A DNA stretch of 30,306 nucleotides from Oligoflexales bacterium (GCA_045106415.1 JBGCEP010000062.1:1-30306); one strand, 5' to 3'. Numbered from the stretch's first letter, positions 19,191 to 28,505 are shown. Numbers and translations are program-made. The notes: generated by a model not told the origin, from the sequence alone.

Positions 19191-19955
19191 TTAAGCGTTC
19201 AACATTCCTGTATCTGCAGCCATACCTTTACGGCGAATCACAATTTGTTTCACCATAGGATATTGTGTCATCCATCGACGAACACTTGCTTCCGTAAGGC
19301 GGAGGTCGTGAGCCACTCGCCGATGACCTAAACTTGCCGCTTTCGCTGATGCTAGACGCTTCAAGCTTTTTGGATACTTCACACCACGATCACCTGCATT
19401 AAAATTTCGCTCAACTCTGTATTCATCAAACTTAATCGCTAGATCACTCAACGTCATCGCTGGATCATACTCTTCTTGTTGATCTTCTTCTTCTGAAGCA
19501 ACATCCAATCGCTTTGATCTTGGACGAAAAGACTCCGCTGGCTCAGCAATTTCTTCTAAAAAATCGTTATGTTCATTTTGCTCTAGCGAAAAGGTGAATT
19601 CTTGAGTCCCGACATCAACAGTATCTGCCCTTAAACGGCATGGGACAGCAGCAATCAAAGGCATTCCTTCAAAGTGTGGCCAGCGTAAAATAACCTTCTG
19701 CCCTGCAGCAGCCTTTAGTTCATAACCACCACGATGCACAGTAAAGACTTTCCACTTTTTTGCTTCAGGGTCAAAACCGACCTCAAGATGCATACCAGCA
19801 TGAATGTTTGCTTGCTTCAAAAAATCTTCACAAAGCTTCAAAGTCATATGGGAACATTTCCCACCTTTAAAAGACTGTGACATCACAATACTATTTGCAA
19901 GATTCTGCTTTTTTTGACCCTCTTCAGCCAAATGTGACATATACACAAATGCCAT
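19191..19955 (-). CDS. Hypothetical DNA-binding protein: AbrB-like N-terminal motif, acidic linker, C-terminal helix-turn-helix
   Basis: MTLKLCEDFLKQANIHAGMHLEVGFD (AbrB/SymE-like) and KYPKSLKRLA..HRRVAHDLRLTEASVRRW (HTH). ATG 19955 follows GAGG; the track start was 20018. Confidence 0.6.
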   Translation of the reverse strand: MAFVYMSHLAEEGQKKQNLANSIVMSQSFKGGKCSHMTLKLCEDFLKQANIHAGMHLEVGFDPEAKKWKVFTVHRGGYELKAAAGQKVILRWPHFEGMPLIAAVPCRLRADTVDVGTQEFTFSLEQNEHNDFLEEIAEPAESFRPRSKRLDVASEEEDQQEEYDPAMTLSDLAIKFDEYRVERNFNAGDRGVKYPKSLKRLASAKAASLGHRRVAHDLRLTEASVRRWMTQYPMVKQIVIRRKGMAADTGMLNA

Positions 19956-20320
19956 AACCAATACCTCTTTTTTAAAAAATCTCAGGGAACACAAGACATT
20001 TAAAAACCATGCATACAAATTCAGGTTGCTTTTTGTGTATTGCGCATTGTCTTTGAATATCTTTCAAATCACTCAGCATTCTTATTACAGAAATTTAATT
20101 ACAACTCAAGTATTATTTGGAAGACAACATTTCAACATAGCAAACAATTAGAGTAAGTAATTGTAATTAATAAGAAATAATTTTGATTTTTACAGAACAA
20201 CAATCTGTCAAATCGACTTATTTTCACTCACTGAAACAGCAAAGATTAAAAAAAAAGAAACCTAAAAACAGCAATGTGAGCTTTTCAGTCAAGTAAATTG
20301 CGTTTTATTCTGTGAAAATC

Positions 20321-20376
20321 CAATCGGAAGTTTATTCATACCCTCAACCTCAAGGCTTTTCTTAAAACTCCGAAGA
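20321..20376. promoter_or_regulatory. Back-to-back putative sigma28 promoters
   Basis: Plus strand: TCAAGGCT-N11-TCCGAAGA (20350-20376), before the protease. Minus strand: TTGAGGGT-N11-TCCGATTG (20347-20321), pointing toward the HTH gene. Confidence 0.5.
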
Positions 20377-20422
20377 CATTCTTAACAACTTTATAACGAG
20401 CAAACACCATATAGGCACCTCT

Positions 20423-22153
20423 ATGATGCGTCATCGATCGATATCTTTCGTAAAAAAGTGCTTACAATCACTTATTTTACTTAGCCAAATATTTGGAATT
20501 CCTCTTCATGCAGAATCTTCAGCTTTACCAAAGCTCTCAACAAAATCTATTCAAATTCACCCTTTTCACTTTTCAAGGGATCAGTTTTCGTTATCTTTTC
20601 CTGAGGGTCATTCAACGACGGTCCCTGATTGGGTGACTCGCTTGATCCAACCACAAGTCCCTCATCTCAAACTTCACATTAGCAAAACTCAATATAAAAA
20701 CTCTTCAGAAATTTATGATATTTCTTTTTCTTACAAAGGAACTCCTTTGTGTGAGGCTGGTTTAAGAGCTAAAAAAATGCCACAAGGCGCTTTAGTGACT
20801 TTAGGCCAAGTACCAACATTAAATATTGAAGACACAAACGATGACGACATCGCCTGGCCACTCAAACAAGACATGCCACTATGGAATCAAGCGCAACATC
20901 CTAAAAAAGCAAAACGTTGCTGGGTTCCTTATCAAAATATTTTAAAGCCAGCCTGGGAATGGACGCAGCAGGACCCTGATGGATCCTATAGAGTTGTCGC
21001 AGACACTGAACGTTTTTATCAAAAAGAACCACTTTTTTTCAAAGCAACAGCATCGATTCAAGCTTATGCAACCGGCCCGATCGACGCAAACCTTGTCGTG
21101 TACGAACTACAGGTTGCAGACACCGGTTATCTTGACAACGATTACTTTACGGTCGACCCAGGAACAGTCTCACGTGCATTTTCAAGTGACTACAACTTTG
21201 TTTATTCACCAACAGAGATTGAGTTTCACGAAGCATCTGTTTTTGCACACGCAGAAGAAACACGACTTTTTTTCACGAAATATGGTTGGAACTGGACAGA
21301 AGAGACACCGCTGCATGTCCTTATACATGCGACACCTAATAATTCAAAAAACAACGGACTTTATGAACCAGGAACCTCTTACGCAGATGGAAAAGCTCGT
21401 ATTTCCTTAGGAGATGGTGACGGAGAACGACTCGCCTACCTTTCTTTAGACGCCGATGTCATTAGCCATGAATTTGCACATCACGTCATTTATAGACACT
21501 TAAAAGCGAGCTCTCGAGAATCTCTGGTCCTGCATGAGGGACTTGCCGATGCTTTTACTTTCCTAAGAACAGGAAATACATGTTTGGGTGAATCCATCTG
21601 CCCTGACAGCCCAAAATCTATTTGTTCTCTCCCAAAAGAATGCCTTCGATCTGGAGGCACAACGTTAAAATACAATTCACTAGAGTACGAGGCTCTTTCT
21701 GGAAAAGATCACTTACGCGGACAAGTCATTTCAGGGATGGTATGGGACCTTAAAGCATCGATTGAAGATGAGAAACTCATCAAAACAAACCTTAAAGCTC
21801 TTGAGTTTCTTTACCGAACATCTGGACTTCAAGACTGGCTTGTTGCTCTTATGGCCGCTGATCAAGAAATCAATAACGGAGATCATAGTTGTGATATTTA
21901 TCAAGCAGCCATCACAAGAGGGTTTGAAGAACTCCTTACAGATATCGATTGTGCAAGACCTACAACATGGCCCTCTTTAAATGGGCTTCCAAATACCAGC
22001 GCAACCACAAAAACAGAAGAAGCATCATCAGACGACAGCAGTATATCTTGTGGCACTATTGGCTTCACTTATCCCGTCATCTCTATTTTTTGGTTTTTCA
22101 TTCCACTGCTCATCAATTCCTGCATCTCTATTCGTCAAAGAGGACCCCATTGA
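20423..22153 (+). CDS. Secreted zinc metalloprotease (thermolysin M4/fungalysin M36-like) with propeptide and C-terminal membrane anchor
   Basis: Signal peptide; NNGLY, DADVISHEFAH (HExxH) and LHEGLAD (third ligand); C-terminal SCGTIG, hydrophobic helix, then RQR. Confidence 0.88.
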   Translation: MMRHRSISFVKKCLQSLILLSQIFGIPLHAESSALPKLSTKSIQIHPFHFSRDQFSLSFPEGHSTTVPDWVTRLIQPQVPHLKLHISKTQYKNSSEIYDISFSYKGTPLCEAGLRAKKMPQGALVTLGQVPTLNIEDTNDDDIAWPLKQDMPLWNQAQHPKKAKRCWVPYQNILKPAWEWTQQDPDGSYRVVADTERFYQKEPLFFKATASIQAYATGPIDANLVVYELQVADTGYLDNDYFTVDPGTVSRAFSSDYNFVYSPTEIEFHEASVFAHAEETRLFFTKYGWNWTEETPLHVLIHATPNNSKNNGLYEPGTSYADGKARISLGDGDGERLAYLSLDADVISHEFAHHVIYRHLKASSRESLVLHEGLADAFTFLRTGNTCLGESICPDSPKSICSLPKECLRSGGTTLKYNSLEYEALSGKDHLRGQVISGMVWDLKASIEDEKLIKTNLKALEFLYRTSGLQDWLVALMAADQEINNGDHSCDIYQAAITRGFEELLTDIDCARPTTWPSLNGLPNTSATTKTEEASSDDSSISCGTIGFTYPVISIFWFFIPLLINSCISIRQRGPH

Positions 22154-23157
22154 AGACTTGCCTAAAAAAAATATTAATTCTTTGTTTATACCTGCAACCT
22201 CACACGCTCCTCGCTGACATCCAAGTAGCAATCAGCGTGACATGGGAAGGTGAAGACCTTAAGAAGACAAATCTTGAAGCAGTTGAAAAAATCAGAAAAC
22301 AATTCCCTGACATGCCTGTTTTGCACTTTTTAAGCTCAGATTATTACTCTCCTAAGAAAAACGAAAGCGCATCTGATGTTACAAATAAAATTCAAAACGC
22401 TATAAAAGCACATGACTCTATAGGACTCCGTATTCACGGATCTGAACACCTCACACGCAAGGCTGGAGTTCGACAAATCAAAGGCCCTACTTTCTGGGGA
22501 GAGTGCGAACTCAAATGCGGGAGATCAGTCCCCTTAGACGCTTGGTCTTCAAAAGAAATCCAAAAACTTATTGCAACATCTCAGCAAGAACTTCATCTGC
22601 ATGGCTTTAATATTGGGCCATGGTTCCTCGCTCCTGGGTGGCTTGCAACTCCTAAAGTTTTAGCTGCTGCACGTGCGCAAGGCTATCATCATGACTTCTC
22701 AGCTATCCCTCCAACACTCTTAAGTGAGGAGCTTGCTCACTTCCCTCTTCTCACCTGGCTCCAGCAGCTGTGGGCTTCTCAAACAGCTTTTTCACAACCA
22801 AAGCAACTTCCAACAACACATGGCTGGATCAAAGAAATGGGGCAAAACCTTGGAACAATGGACTATAGAACTATGGCCAGCGTTTTAAAAACATTTGAGA
22901 GCTATACAAAGCTGCAACAAATGACCCCACATAAAAACTATTTTATCCACCTAGGAATGTATCAAGAGACAGCTCTACATACCGCTCCTAAGATCACAGC
23001 AACACTCAAACGCATGATTAAAATAGCGCAAAACAACAACGTTCATATGAAGTTTTATAAACCAAAAGGAAAAGTCCTCTCAACCGTTCACTCACAAAAA
23101 AACGACAACCCCGCGCTCACGAATAACGATAGACACCCCCCTTTATCAAGACATTAA
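22150..23157 (+). CDS. Exported polysaccharide-deacetylase-fold (NodB/DUF2334-like) protein, possibly degenerate
   Basis: TTG 22150 overlaps the protease stop (TTGA) after AGAGGA; signal peptide; ISVTWEG, IGLRIHGSEH, FLAPGW and HDFS align with CE4-like motifs. Confidence 0.6.
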   Translation: MKTCLKKILILCLYLQPHTLLADIQVAISVTWEGEDLKKTNLEAVEKIRKQFPDMPVLHFLSSDYYSPKKNESASDVTNKIQNAIKAHDSIGLRIHGSEHLTRKAGVRQIKGPTFWGECELKCGRSVPLDAWSSKEIQKLIATSQQELHLHGFNIGPWFLAPGWLATPKVLAAARAQGYHHDFSAIPPTLLSEELAHFPLLTWLQQLWASQTAFSQPKQLPTTHGWIKEMGQNLGTMDYRTMASVLKTFESYTKLQQMTPHKNYFIHLGMYQETALHTAPKITATLKRMIKIAQNNNVHMKFYKPKGKVLSTVHSQKNDNPALTNNDRHPPLSRH

Positions 23158-23219
23158 ATATTCGACTTATTCGTGATATAGAGATGCTCGACAGAAAAAA
23201 TAAGCACTGAGGATCGCAC

Positions 23220-24065
23220 ATGGGTTATGTTGACGTTCACACACACCTAACACACAAAGAATTTGAAAACGACCGCGACCAAGTCATCGAGAAAGCTTAT
23301 GCCGCCGGAGTACGAGGAATTGTCGTCAACGGCCTTGATCCAGAATCTAACAGAATGATTCTGCACATGGCTCAAAAACACTCCATTATCTATCCTTCCC
23401 TAGGGATCTACCCCACACACGCAGCTTACCCAAGCCTTCAAAAAGACGATCTCCCTTGGGAACTCCCCGGCTTCGATTTAGATCAAGAAATTTTATTCAT
23501 CAAAGAAAAAGCTCTTGGTGGGCAAATTTCCGCTATCGGAGAAATCGGCCTCGACGGCCACTGGCTACCTGATCATACTTTTAGCCAACAGGAAAAAGTC
23601 TTTAGAAATTTGATTGATATCGGCATAGAAGCCAACCTCCCCATTATTTTACATTCTCGAAAATTAGAAACCCGAGCCATCGATATTCTACAAGAACATC
23701 AACCTTCTAAAGTCATTTTCCATTGCTACAGTGGGAAATCGAACCTTGCAGTTCAGACAGCTGAAAAAACAGGTTGGTCTTTTTCAATTCCTGCAAACGC
23801 CCGAAGAAATGGAGCTTTTCAGAAACTACTAAAACTCTTACCCCTAGAATCTATCTTGACAGAAACAGACGCCCCTTACCTCCCTCCTGAAAAATTTTCT
23901 AGAAATGAACCCATAAATGTGGTACACACTGTAGCGCTCATGGCCGAGATACGAGAGCTTAACATCGAAACTGCACGCTCTACGATCTGGGATAATTTTA
24001 ATAAATTGTTTAAGCGTCCCAAACACTTGTCATTCGACGCTTCACCGCGACCTCTGATAGAATGA
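23220..24065 (+). CDS. tatD: TatD family nuclease/hydrolase
   Basis: DVHTH, AIGEIGLD, ILHSR, FHCYSG and LTETDAPYL..RNEP. Confidence 0.93.
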   Translation: MGYVDVHTHLTHKEFENDRDQVIEKAYAAGVRGIVVNGLDPESNRMILHMAQKHSIIYPSLGIYPTHAAYPSLQKDDLPWELPGFDLDQEILFIKEKALGGQISAIGEIGLDGHWLPDHTFSQQEKVFRNLIDIGIEANLPIILHSRKLETRAIDILQEHQPSKVIFHCYSGKSNLAVQTAEKTGWSFSIPANARRNGAFQKLLKLLPLESILTETDAPYLPPEKFSRNEPINVVHTVALMAEIRELNIETARSTIWDNFNKLFKRPKHLSFDASPRPLIE

Positions 24066-24092
24066 TGAAGAAACTCATCCTTCTGCCGATCT
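24066..24092 (+). promoter_or_regulatory. Putative sigma28 promoter of speD; an extended -10 sigma70-like TGaTAGAAT lies just upstream at 24055-24063
   Basis: TGAAGAAA-N11-GCCGATCT, about 56 nt from ATG 24148. Confidence 0.5.
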
Positions 24093-24147
24093 TTATATTG
24101 ATAGAGCCGAGTGAATAGCGGGATATTTTAAGAGAGAGGCTTCCTAT

Positions 24148-24573
24148 ATGTTGCCCATTGGCGATCAACACATGTTTCACGGTGTTCACGTTCTTGGTGA
24201 ACTTTACGAAGTGGATTCTAAGCTCCTTCAAGATGAAAACCTTCTTGAATCATGCCTACGTGAAGGCATTGAGCAAAGCGGAGCATCGCTCTGTGGAATC
24301 CAAACAAAAAAGTTTGATGAAGGTGGAGGAGTCACTATTTTAGCTCTTCTTTCTGAGTCACACGCTTCCATCCACACATACCCTGAGAAAGGCGCTCTCT
24401 TTTTTGACGCCTTCACTTGTGGCACGCGCTGCCAAACTCAGAGAATTGCGGATGCACTTGTAAAAGCCTTAAAGCCTGGCCGCACAGAGCTTCAGAGCAT
24501 TCAACGAGGAGAGACCCCTGAGTCCCACTCCCAAGCTCAGAAGCTGGTGCAAACTCAAGGTTTAGAGTGCTAA
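24148..24573 (+). CDS. speD: S-adenosylmethionine decarboxylase proenzyme (pyruvoyl, class 1B)
   Basis: GVHVLGELY, GVTILALLSE-SHASIHTYPE self-cleavage site, and DAFTCG. Confidence 0.92.
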   Translation: MLPIGDQHMFHGVHVLGELYEVDSKLLQDENLLESCLREGIEQSGASLCGIQTKKFDEGGGVTILALLSESHASIHTYPEKGALFFDAFTCGTRCQTQRIADALVKALKPGRTELQSIQRGETPESHSQAQKLVQTQGLEC

Positions 24574-25109
24574 AGAGAACTATCTCGTTTTCGAGATTTT
24601 CTCTTTTCAGCCCAAACCTTGCTAGGCTCTTGACTTTGGTGGCCCAGCTGAACATCAGCTAGGGGGTGCCCCACTTTGTCTTTTAATCTAGCGGTCGCCA
24701 CTCCATCAAGTACCCACAGCCCTTTTTTCCCAGCAGGCTTTAACACTCCCTGTAAGACAATTGAGCCCACAGGCTCTTCAACCTGCGCTTTCTGTGAGCT
24801 GGTCATCATGTCAACTCGAACTTTATATCTCTTTGTTTGACTGACCCAAGAAAGCGGTGTTGTTTGAAAATGAAATCCATCGACATAGAAATGATTAGGC
24901 CTATCTAACTTTGCTCTCAGAGTGTGCTTCAGCACAGATTTTGGCAGGTATTTTTGTTGAATAGCACCTGTTTTATTTTGAACCGTCACTAGCTCATAAG
25001 GGGTCAGTTTCAGACCTATACGCACTCGCCCTGTTTCTAAGGTTGGAGCTGCCACAAGACAATAAGCATTGAGCATCACCCCCACCCACAGAAAAAACTT
25101 AAACTTCAT
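24570..25109 (-). CDS. Hypothetical exported basic beta-rich protein
   Basis: Signal peptide MKFKFFLWVGVMLNAYCLVA; RBS AAGGAG; Lys-rich. Confidence 0.7.
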   Translation of the reverse strand: MKFKFFLWVGVMLNAYCLVAAPTLETGRVRIGLKLTPYELVTVQNKTGAIQQKYLPKSVLKHTLRAKLDRPNHFYVDGFHFQTTPLSWVSQTKRYKVRVDMMTSSQKAQVEEPVGSIVLQGVLKPAGKKGLWVLDGVATARLKDKVGHPLADVQLGHQSQEPSKVWAEKRKSRKRDSSL

Positions 25110-25174
25110 ATCTTTCTCCTTTCAAAAAGTTCATATACATATTGTACAAGCACACTTCGATGTGTAGCCTCCAC

Positions 25175-25201
25175 GAGTCGACACGCAGCAAATAAACTCT
25201 A
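25175..25201 (-). promoter_or_regulatory. Putative sigma28 promoter
   Basis: TAGAGTTT-N11-GTCGACTC: 7/8 at -35, weaker at -10; about 66 nt from ATG 25109. Confidence 0.5.
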
Positions 25202-25313
25202 ATAAGCTTTCTATGTTTAGCGACCTCACGAAAGACAACAATGAATTGAAGCTAGTTTCTAAAGTTTGACACAGGTATAATCCAAGCAATTTAAGACTCA
25301 AACTAGAGGAGCC

Positions 25314-26375
25314 ATGATGAGCGACACCTATGCAGTCATTTTAGCAGGAGGAAGCGGCACCCGTTTCTGGCCTCAGTCAAGACATCTTCGTCCAAAACAA
25401 CTATGTGTTGTTGGAGGAGGTGAGCACACCATGATTGAAACGACTCTTATGCGCCTTGATGGCTTGATTCCTAAAGAACGACGAATTGTCATCACACACC
25501 AAGATCAAATTGAGCAAACTAAAGATATCGTAAAAGAACATTGCCACCTCGTTATCGGTGAACCTCGTGCCTGTAACACAGCCGCCGCTCTTGCACTCGG
25601 CGCACAGCTTGTCGCAAATCTAGGCGGGTCTTCAATGATCTCTCTACACTCTGATCACGTCATTGAGACTCGTGACGCATTTCAAGAAAGCGCGAAAAAC
25701 GCCCTAAAGCTCGCAGAGCTCGGTTACCTGACACTTATCGGGATACCTCCCACACGACCGGACACAGGTTACGGTTACATCGAACAAGGCAACAGCCTAA
25801 GTGAAGGCTTTAAAGTCGCAAGTTTTCGAGAAAAGCCTGAGCAACACATCGCTGAGTCTTACTTAGAAAAAGGTCATTTTCTTTGGAATTCTGGTATTTT
25901 CACTTGGAGTATCAACACCTTTCAAGAAGAGCTCAAAAAATACCTTCCAAATACTTACGAAACCTTCTCTAAACTTCAAGGTGTGAATCCGGAGACTCTT
26001 GCTGCAAGCGACCTTGGCCCACTCTACGAGCAACTTCAAACAGTGGGTGTCGACAACGCTATTTTAGAGGTTAGCTCAAAAGTCGCCGTCATTAGAGCAA
26101 CCTTTCAATGGCACGATATTGGTAGCTGGAATTCACTTAATGATTGTTTTGCATGTGACGACAAGGGCAATCTCATCTGGGCAGACAGTTTCTCTAAAGA
26201 TACAAAAAACTGTACTATTGATGCCCGCGATCGATTTGTTGCAACGATCGGGGTCGAAGACCTTTGTATTGTCAGCTCTCCGGATGCGCTTCTTGTATGT
26301 AAAAAAGAAAGAGCCCAAGAAGTGAAAGAAGTTGTGGCTTGGTTAAAAGATCAGGGCCGTAACCAATTAGTCTGA
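25314..26375 (+). CDS. manC: Mannose-1-phosphate guanylyltransferase (no PMI cupin domain)
   Basis: VILAGGSGTRFWPQSR..PKQ, EP..NTA, SDH, PDTGYGYI, FREKP, WNSGIF and WHDIGSW. Confidence 0.94.
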   Translation: MMSDTYAVILAGGSGTRFWPQSRHLRPKQLCVVGGGEHTMIETTLMRLDGLIPKERRIVITHQDQIEQTKDIVKEHCHLVIGEPRACNTAAALALGAQLVANLGGSSMISLHSDHVIETRDAFQESAKNALKLAELGYLTLIGIPPTRPDTGYGYIEQGNSLSEGFKVASFREKPEQHIAESYLEKGHFLWNSGIFTWSINTFQEELKKYLPNTYETFSKLQGVNPETLAASDLGPLYEQLQTVGVDNAILEVSSKVAVIRATFQWHDIGSWNSLNDCFACDDKGNLIWADSFSKDTKNCTIDARDRFVATIGVEDLCIVSSPDALLVCKKERAQEVKEVVAWLKDQGRNQLV

Positions 26376-26386
26376 TATTCCTCAGA

Positions 26387-27538
26387 CTAATTGGTTAAAC
26401 GATAGCCATAAAGAACTTTCATGGAAGATGGAAAATAAATCGTTTTTCCAATCACAAGCGGTGGTTGAGTCACAGGACTCCCTACGTTATCCCGCCACTT
26501 CAAATCACCACTAGAACGATCTAAAGCAAACAGATCACCTATTTGGTTTGATATATAAAGACTATCAGAGCCAACAGAAAGACCGACAATAGGAGATCCT
26601 GTCTCAGCTAGTTTCGTTTCCGTCCCCTTTTCAGCCTCATAGGAAAAAACATCCCCATTCACCAAACCAATATAAAATCGGCCATCACGAAATGCTGCCG
26701 CAGAAATTGGAGCCTTGACTTTTTCCCAGCTGACTTGCCCCATATCCGATAAAGAAACAGAGCCAATAAAGCCATCATGTCTGGCAAAAACAACACGCCC
26801 TGTGACCACAACAGCTGGGCCGACAAAGTCATGGAACTTTCTTTTAGGGAGTGGGTGCGGGTCTATCTTTCTAAGAACCTGCCCTGTCCGAGTCACAACA
26901 CTCATCCACTCACCACTGCGAAGCCCTACGTGCACAACACCATCGTAAACAAAGGGTGCAGCTAAGCTATTTATGTGCACACTTTTACCACCATCATTCG
27001 CATCAACAACCCACTGGATTTTGCCATCCTCTAAGCCAACCTCGTAGAACGACTGGCTCTCGGTCACAACATAAACAGCATCACGAGTCACTGTGAGTTG
27101 ACGACTGACAGCATCTGCCAATTGAAGTTTCCAGCGAATTTTTCCAGTCGCAACCTCAACCTTTAATAAAGATCCGTCAAGAAAACCCAAGAGCACATGT
27201 CCACCGACCATAACAGGAGGCACCTGAAGCCTTCTCGGATTTTCTAGCCTCCACAGAACGCTCCCTTGTTCAAAGGAATAGCATGTCACTTGCTCGTTCT
27301 CACCTTCTCCAACAATCAAAGGCCCCAGATTGACCCAACCCGTTCTATCGAATGGAGCCAAAGGTTTTTGCGCATCATACTGCGGAGCCATCGAAAGACT
27401 TCTCACTCGAAAAGGCCTTACGCTTTCTGGCTTAGGAAATCCTAAAGCAGGTTTTATATGATACATACGACTTGCGCCTGCATGACTCGCTAAAACCCCA
27501 GATATCGCCACAGCAGATTTAAAGAGCCAGTACAGCAC
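26387..27538 (-). CDS. bamB: PQQ-type beta-propeller, BamB-like
   Basis: Repeated G-(K/V)-x-W propeller blades (TGKIRWK, DGKIQWV, SGDLKWR), directly downstream of a YfgM-like gene. Start uncertain: GTG 27538 gives a signal-like N-terminus, while the track start 27625 overlaps the upstream gene by >100 nt. Confidence 0.7.
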   Translation of the reverse strand: MLYWLFKSAVAISGVLASHAGASRMYHIKPALGFPKPESVRPFRVRSLSMAPQYDAQKPLAPFDRTGWVNLGPLIVGEGENEQVTCYSFEQGSVLWRLENPRRLQVPPVMVGGHVLLGFLDGSLLKVEVATGKIRWKLQLADAVSRQLTVTRDAVYVVTESQSFYEVGLEDGKIQWVVDANDGGKSVHINSLAAPFVYDGVVHVGLRSGEWMSVVTRTGQVLRKIDPHPLPKRKFHDFVGPAVVVTGRVVFARHDGFIGSVSLSDMGQVSWEKVKAPISAAAFRDGRFYIGLVNGDVFSYEAEKGTETKLAETGSPIVGLSVGSDSLYISNQIGDLFALDRSSGDLKWRDNVGSPVTQPPLVIGKTIYFPSSMKVLYGYRLTN

Positions 27539-28307
27539 GGGCTTTCTGTGCTTCAGGGGCTTCAGCATGTTGAGAAATAATTTCATTAAGAACTTCCTTC
27601 GCATCATCATTTTGACCCATCCCACGCAGTATACGTGCTTTCACCATAAGGACATTTGCTCGAACGTCTTTACTAGCCATTGCTAAAGCAGTATCAATAT
27701 TTTGAACCGCTTCTTTATACTGCTTCAATTCCTCTTGAATAGAAATCAGCATCATACGCACCTGAAAACCATAGACCTCGTGACGCGAAGAGCTCTTCAG
27801 CACATCAGACAAAAGACCCGCAGCATGCTTCAAGGCTGATTCTTCTCGATCTTGAGACAAAAGTACGGAGGCTTCAACTGCCGCTCTCCAACCCTCAATA
27901 TCGCTAGTATGAGCCTTAAAATACTCCTCATAACTCTGAATCACAGCAGTGTAGTCTGGCTTTATTTCTTCGAGTTGCTGAGTCAACTTTTCAACTTCTA
28001 TTTTTGAGTCTTTCTTTTCATCAGACTTCACTTCAACAGCGTCAATTTTCTCTTGAATCTTTTGGCGTTTTTTCTCAGTCACCTCTAGTACGCTTTGCAA
28101 CATCCCGTCAACTTCAGCAAGTTCTGCCCGTCGACTCGATGCTAGATAAACATTTGTATATTGCCATCCCATGGCACCCACAGCCACAATGAGAATAGGC
28201 ACAACAACTAAAAGTACCGCTGAGGCGTTTGCTTGCAACCAATGAAGAGCTAACGCTGTTTGCTCTTGCAGCCAATCTGGACCTGATCTTCTTTTTTTAT
28301 TCATCAT
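27519..28307 (-). CDS. YfgM-like membrane-anchored TPR protein
   Basis: Single N-terminal TM (VLLVVVPILIVAVGAMGWQY), coiled coil and C-terminal TPRs; YfgM-BamB gene order. Confidence 0.75.
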   Translation of the reverse strand: MMNKKRRSGPDWLQEQTALALHWLQANASAVLLVVVPILIVAVGAMGWQYTNVYLASSRRAELAEVDGMLQSVLEVTEKKRQKIQEKIDAVEVKSDEKKDSKIEVEKLTQQLEEIKPDYTAVIQSYEEYFKAHTSDIEGWRAAVEASVLLSQDREESALKHAAGLLSDVLKSSSRHEVYGFQVRMMLISIQEELKQYKEAVQNIDTALAMASKDVRANVLMVKARILRGMGQNDDAKEVLNEIISQHAEAPEAQKARAVLAL

Positions 28308-28505
28308 TCACCTTTCTCAAAACTATAGCCAAAACCATCTCACAGGCGACTTCATCTGCCAGTCTATATGTATTCTGTGATTCAGACGACATTTTTCACA
28401 CGCCTCCAAATAGAAAGCATCAGAAAGTGAAAACCTCTAATGCTAAAACAATCTAAATCATCAAACTTTTAGATAATACAAAAACCAAACCTTCTCAATC
28501 TCAAA

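Noticed and set aside
19960..20320. Possible c-di-GMP riboswitch or merRNA-like leader downstream of the minus-strand sigma28-like site
   Set aside because: I could not find the GGCAAA..GAAA..GACGCAAA core of c-di-GMP-I riboswitches; a covariance search would be needed.
25266..25281. Perfect TTGACA and TATAAT before manC
   Set aside because: Only 4 nt apart, so not a -35/-10 pair. TATAAT alone may be a real -10, but its -35 is unclear.
7172..27625. Long N-terminal extensions in track ORFs (starts 8527, 15572, 16188, 20018, 21949, 27625) suggesting overlapping genes
   Set aside because: Downstream starts with better RBS and/or signal peptides explain them; the extensions are longest-ORF artefacts.
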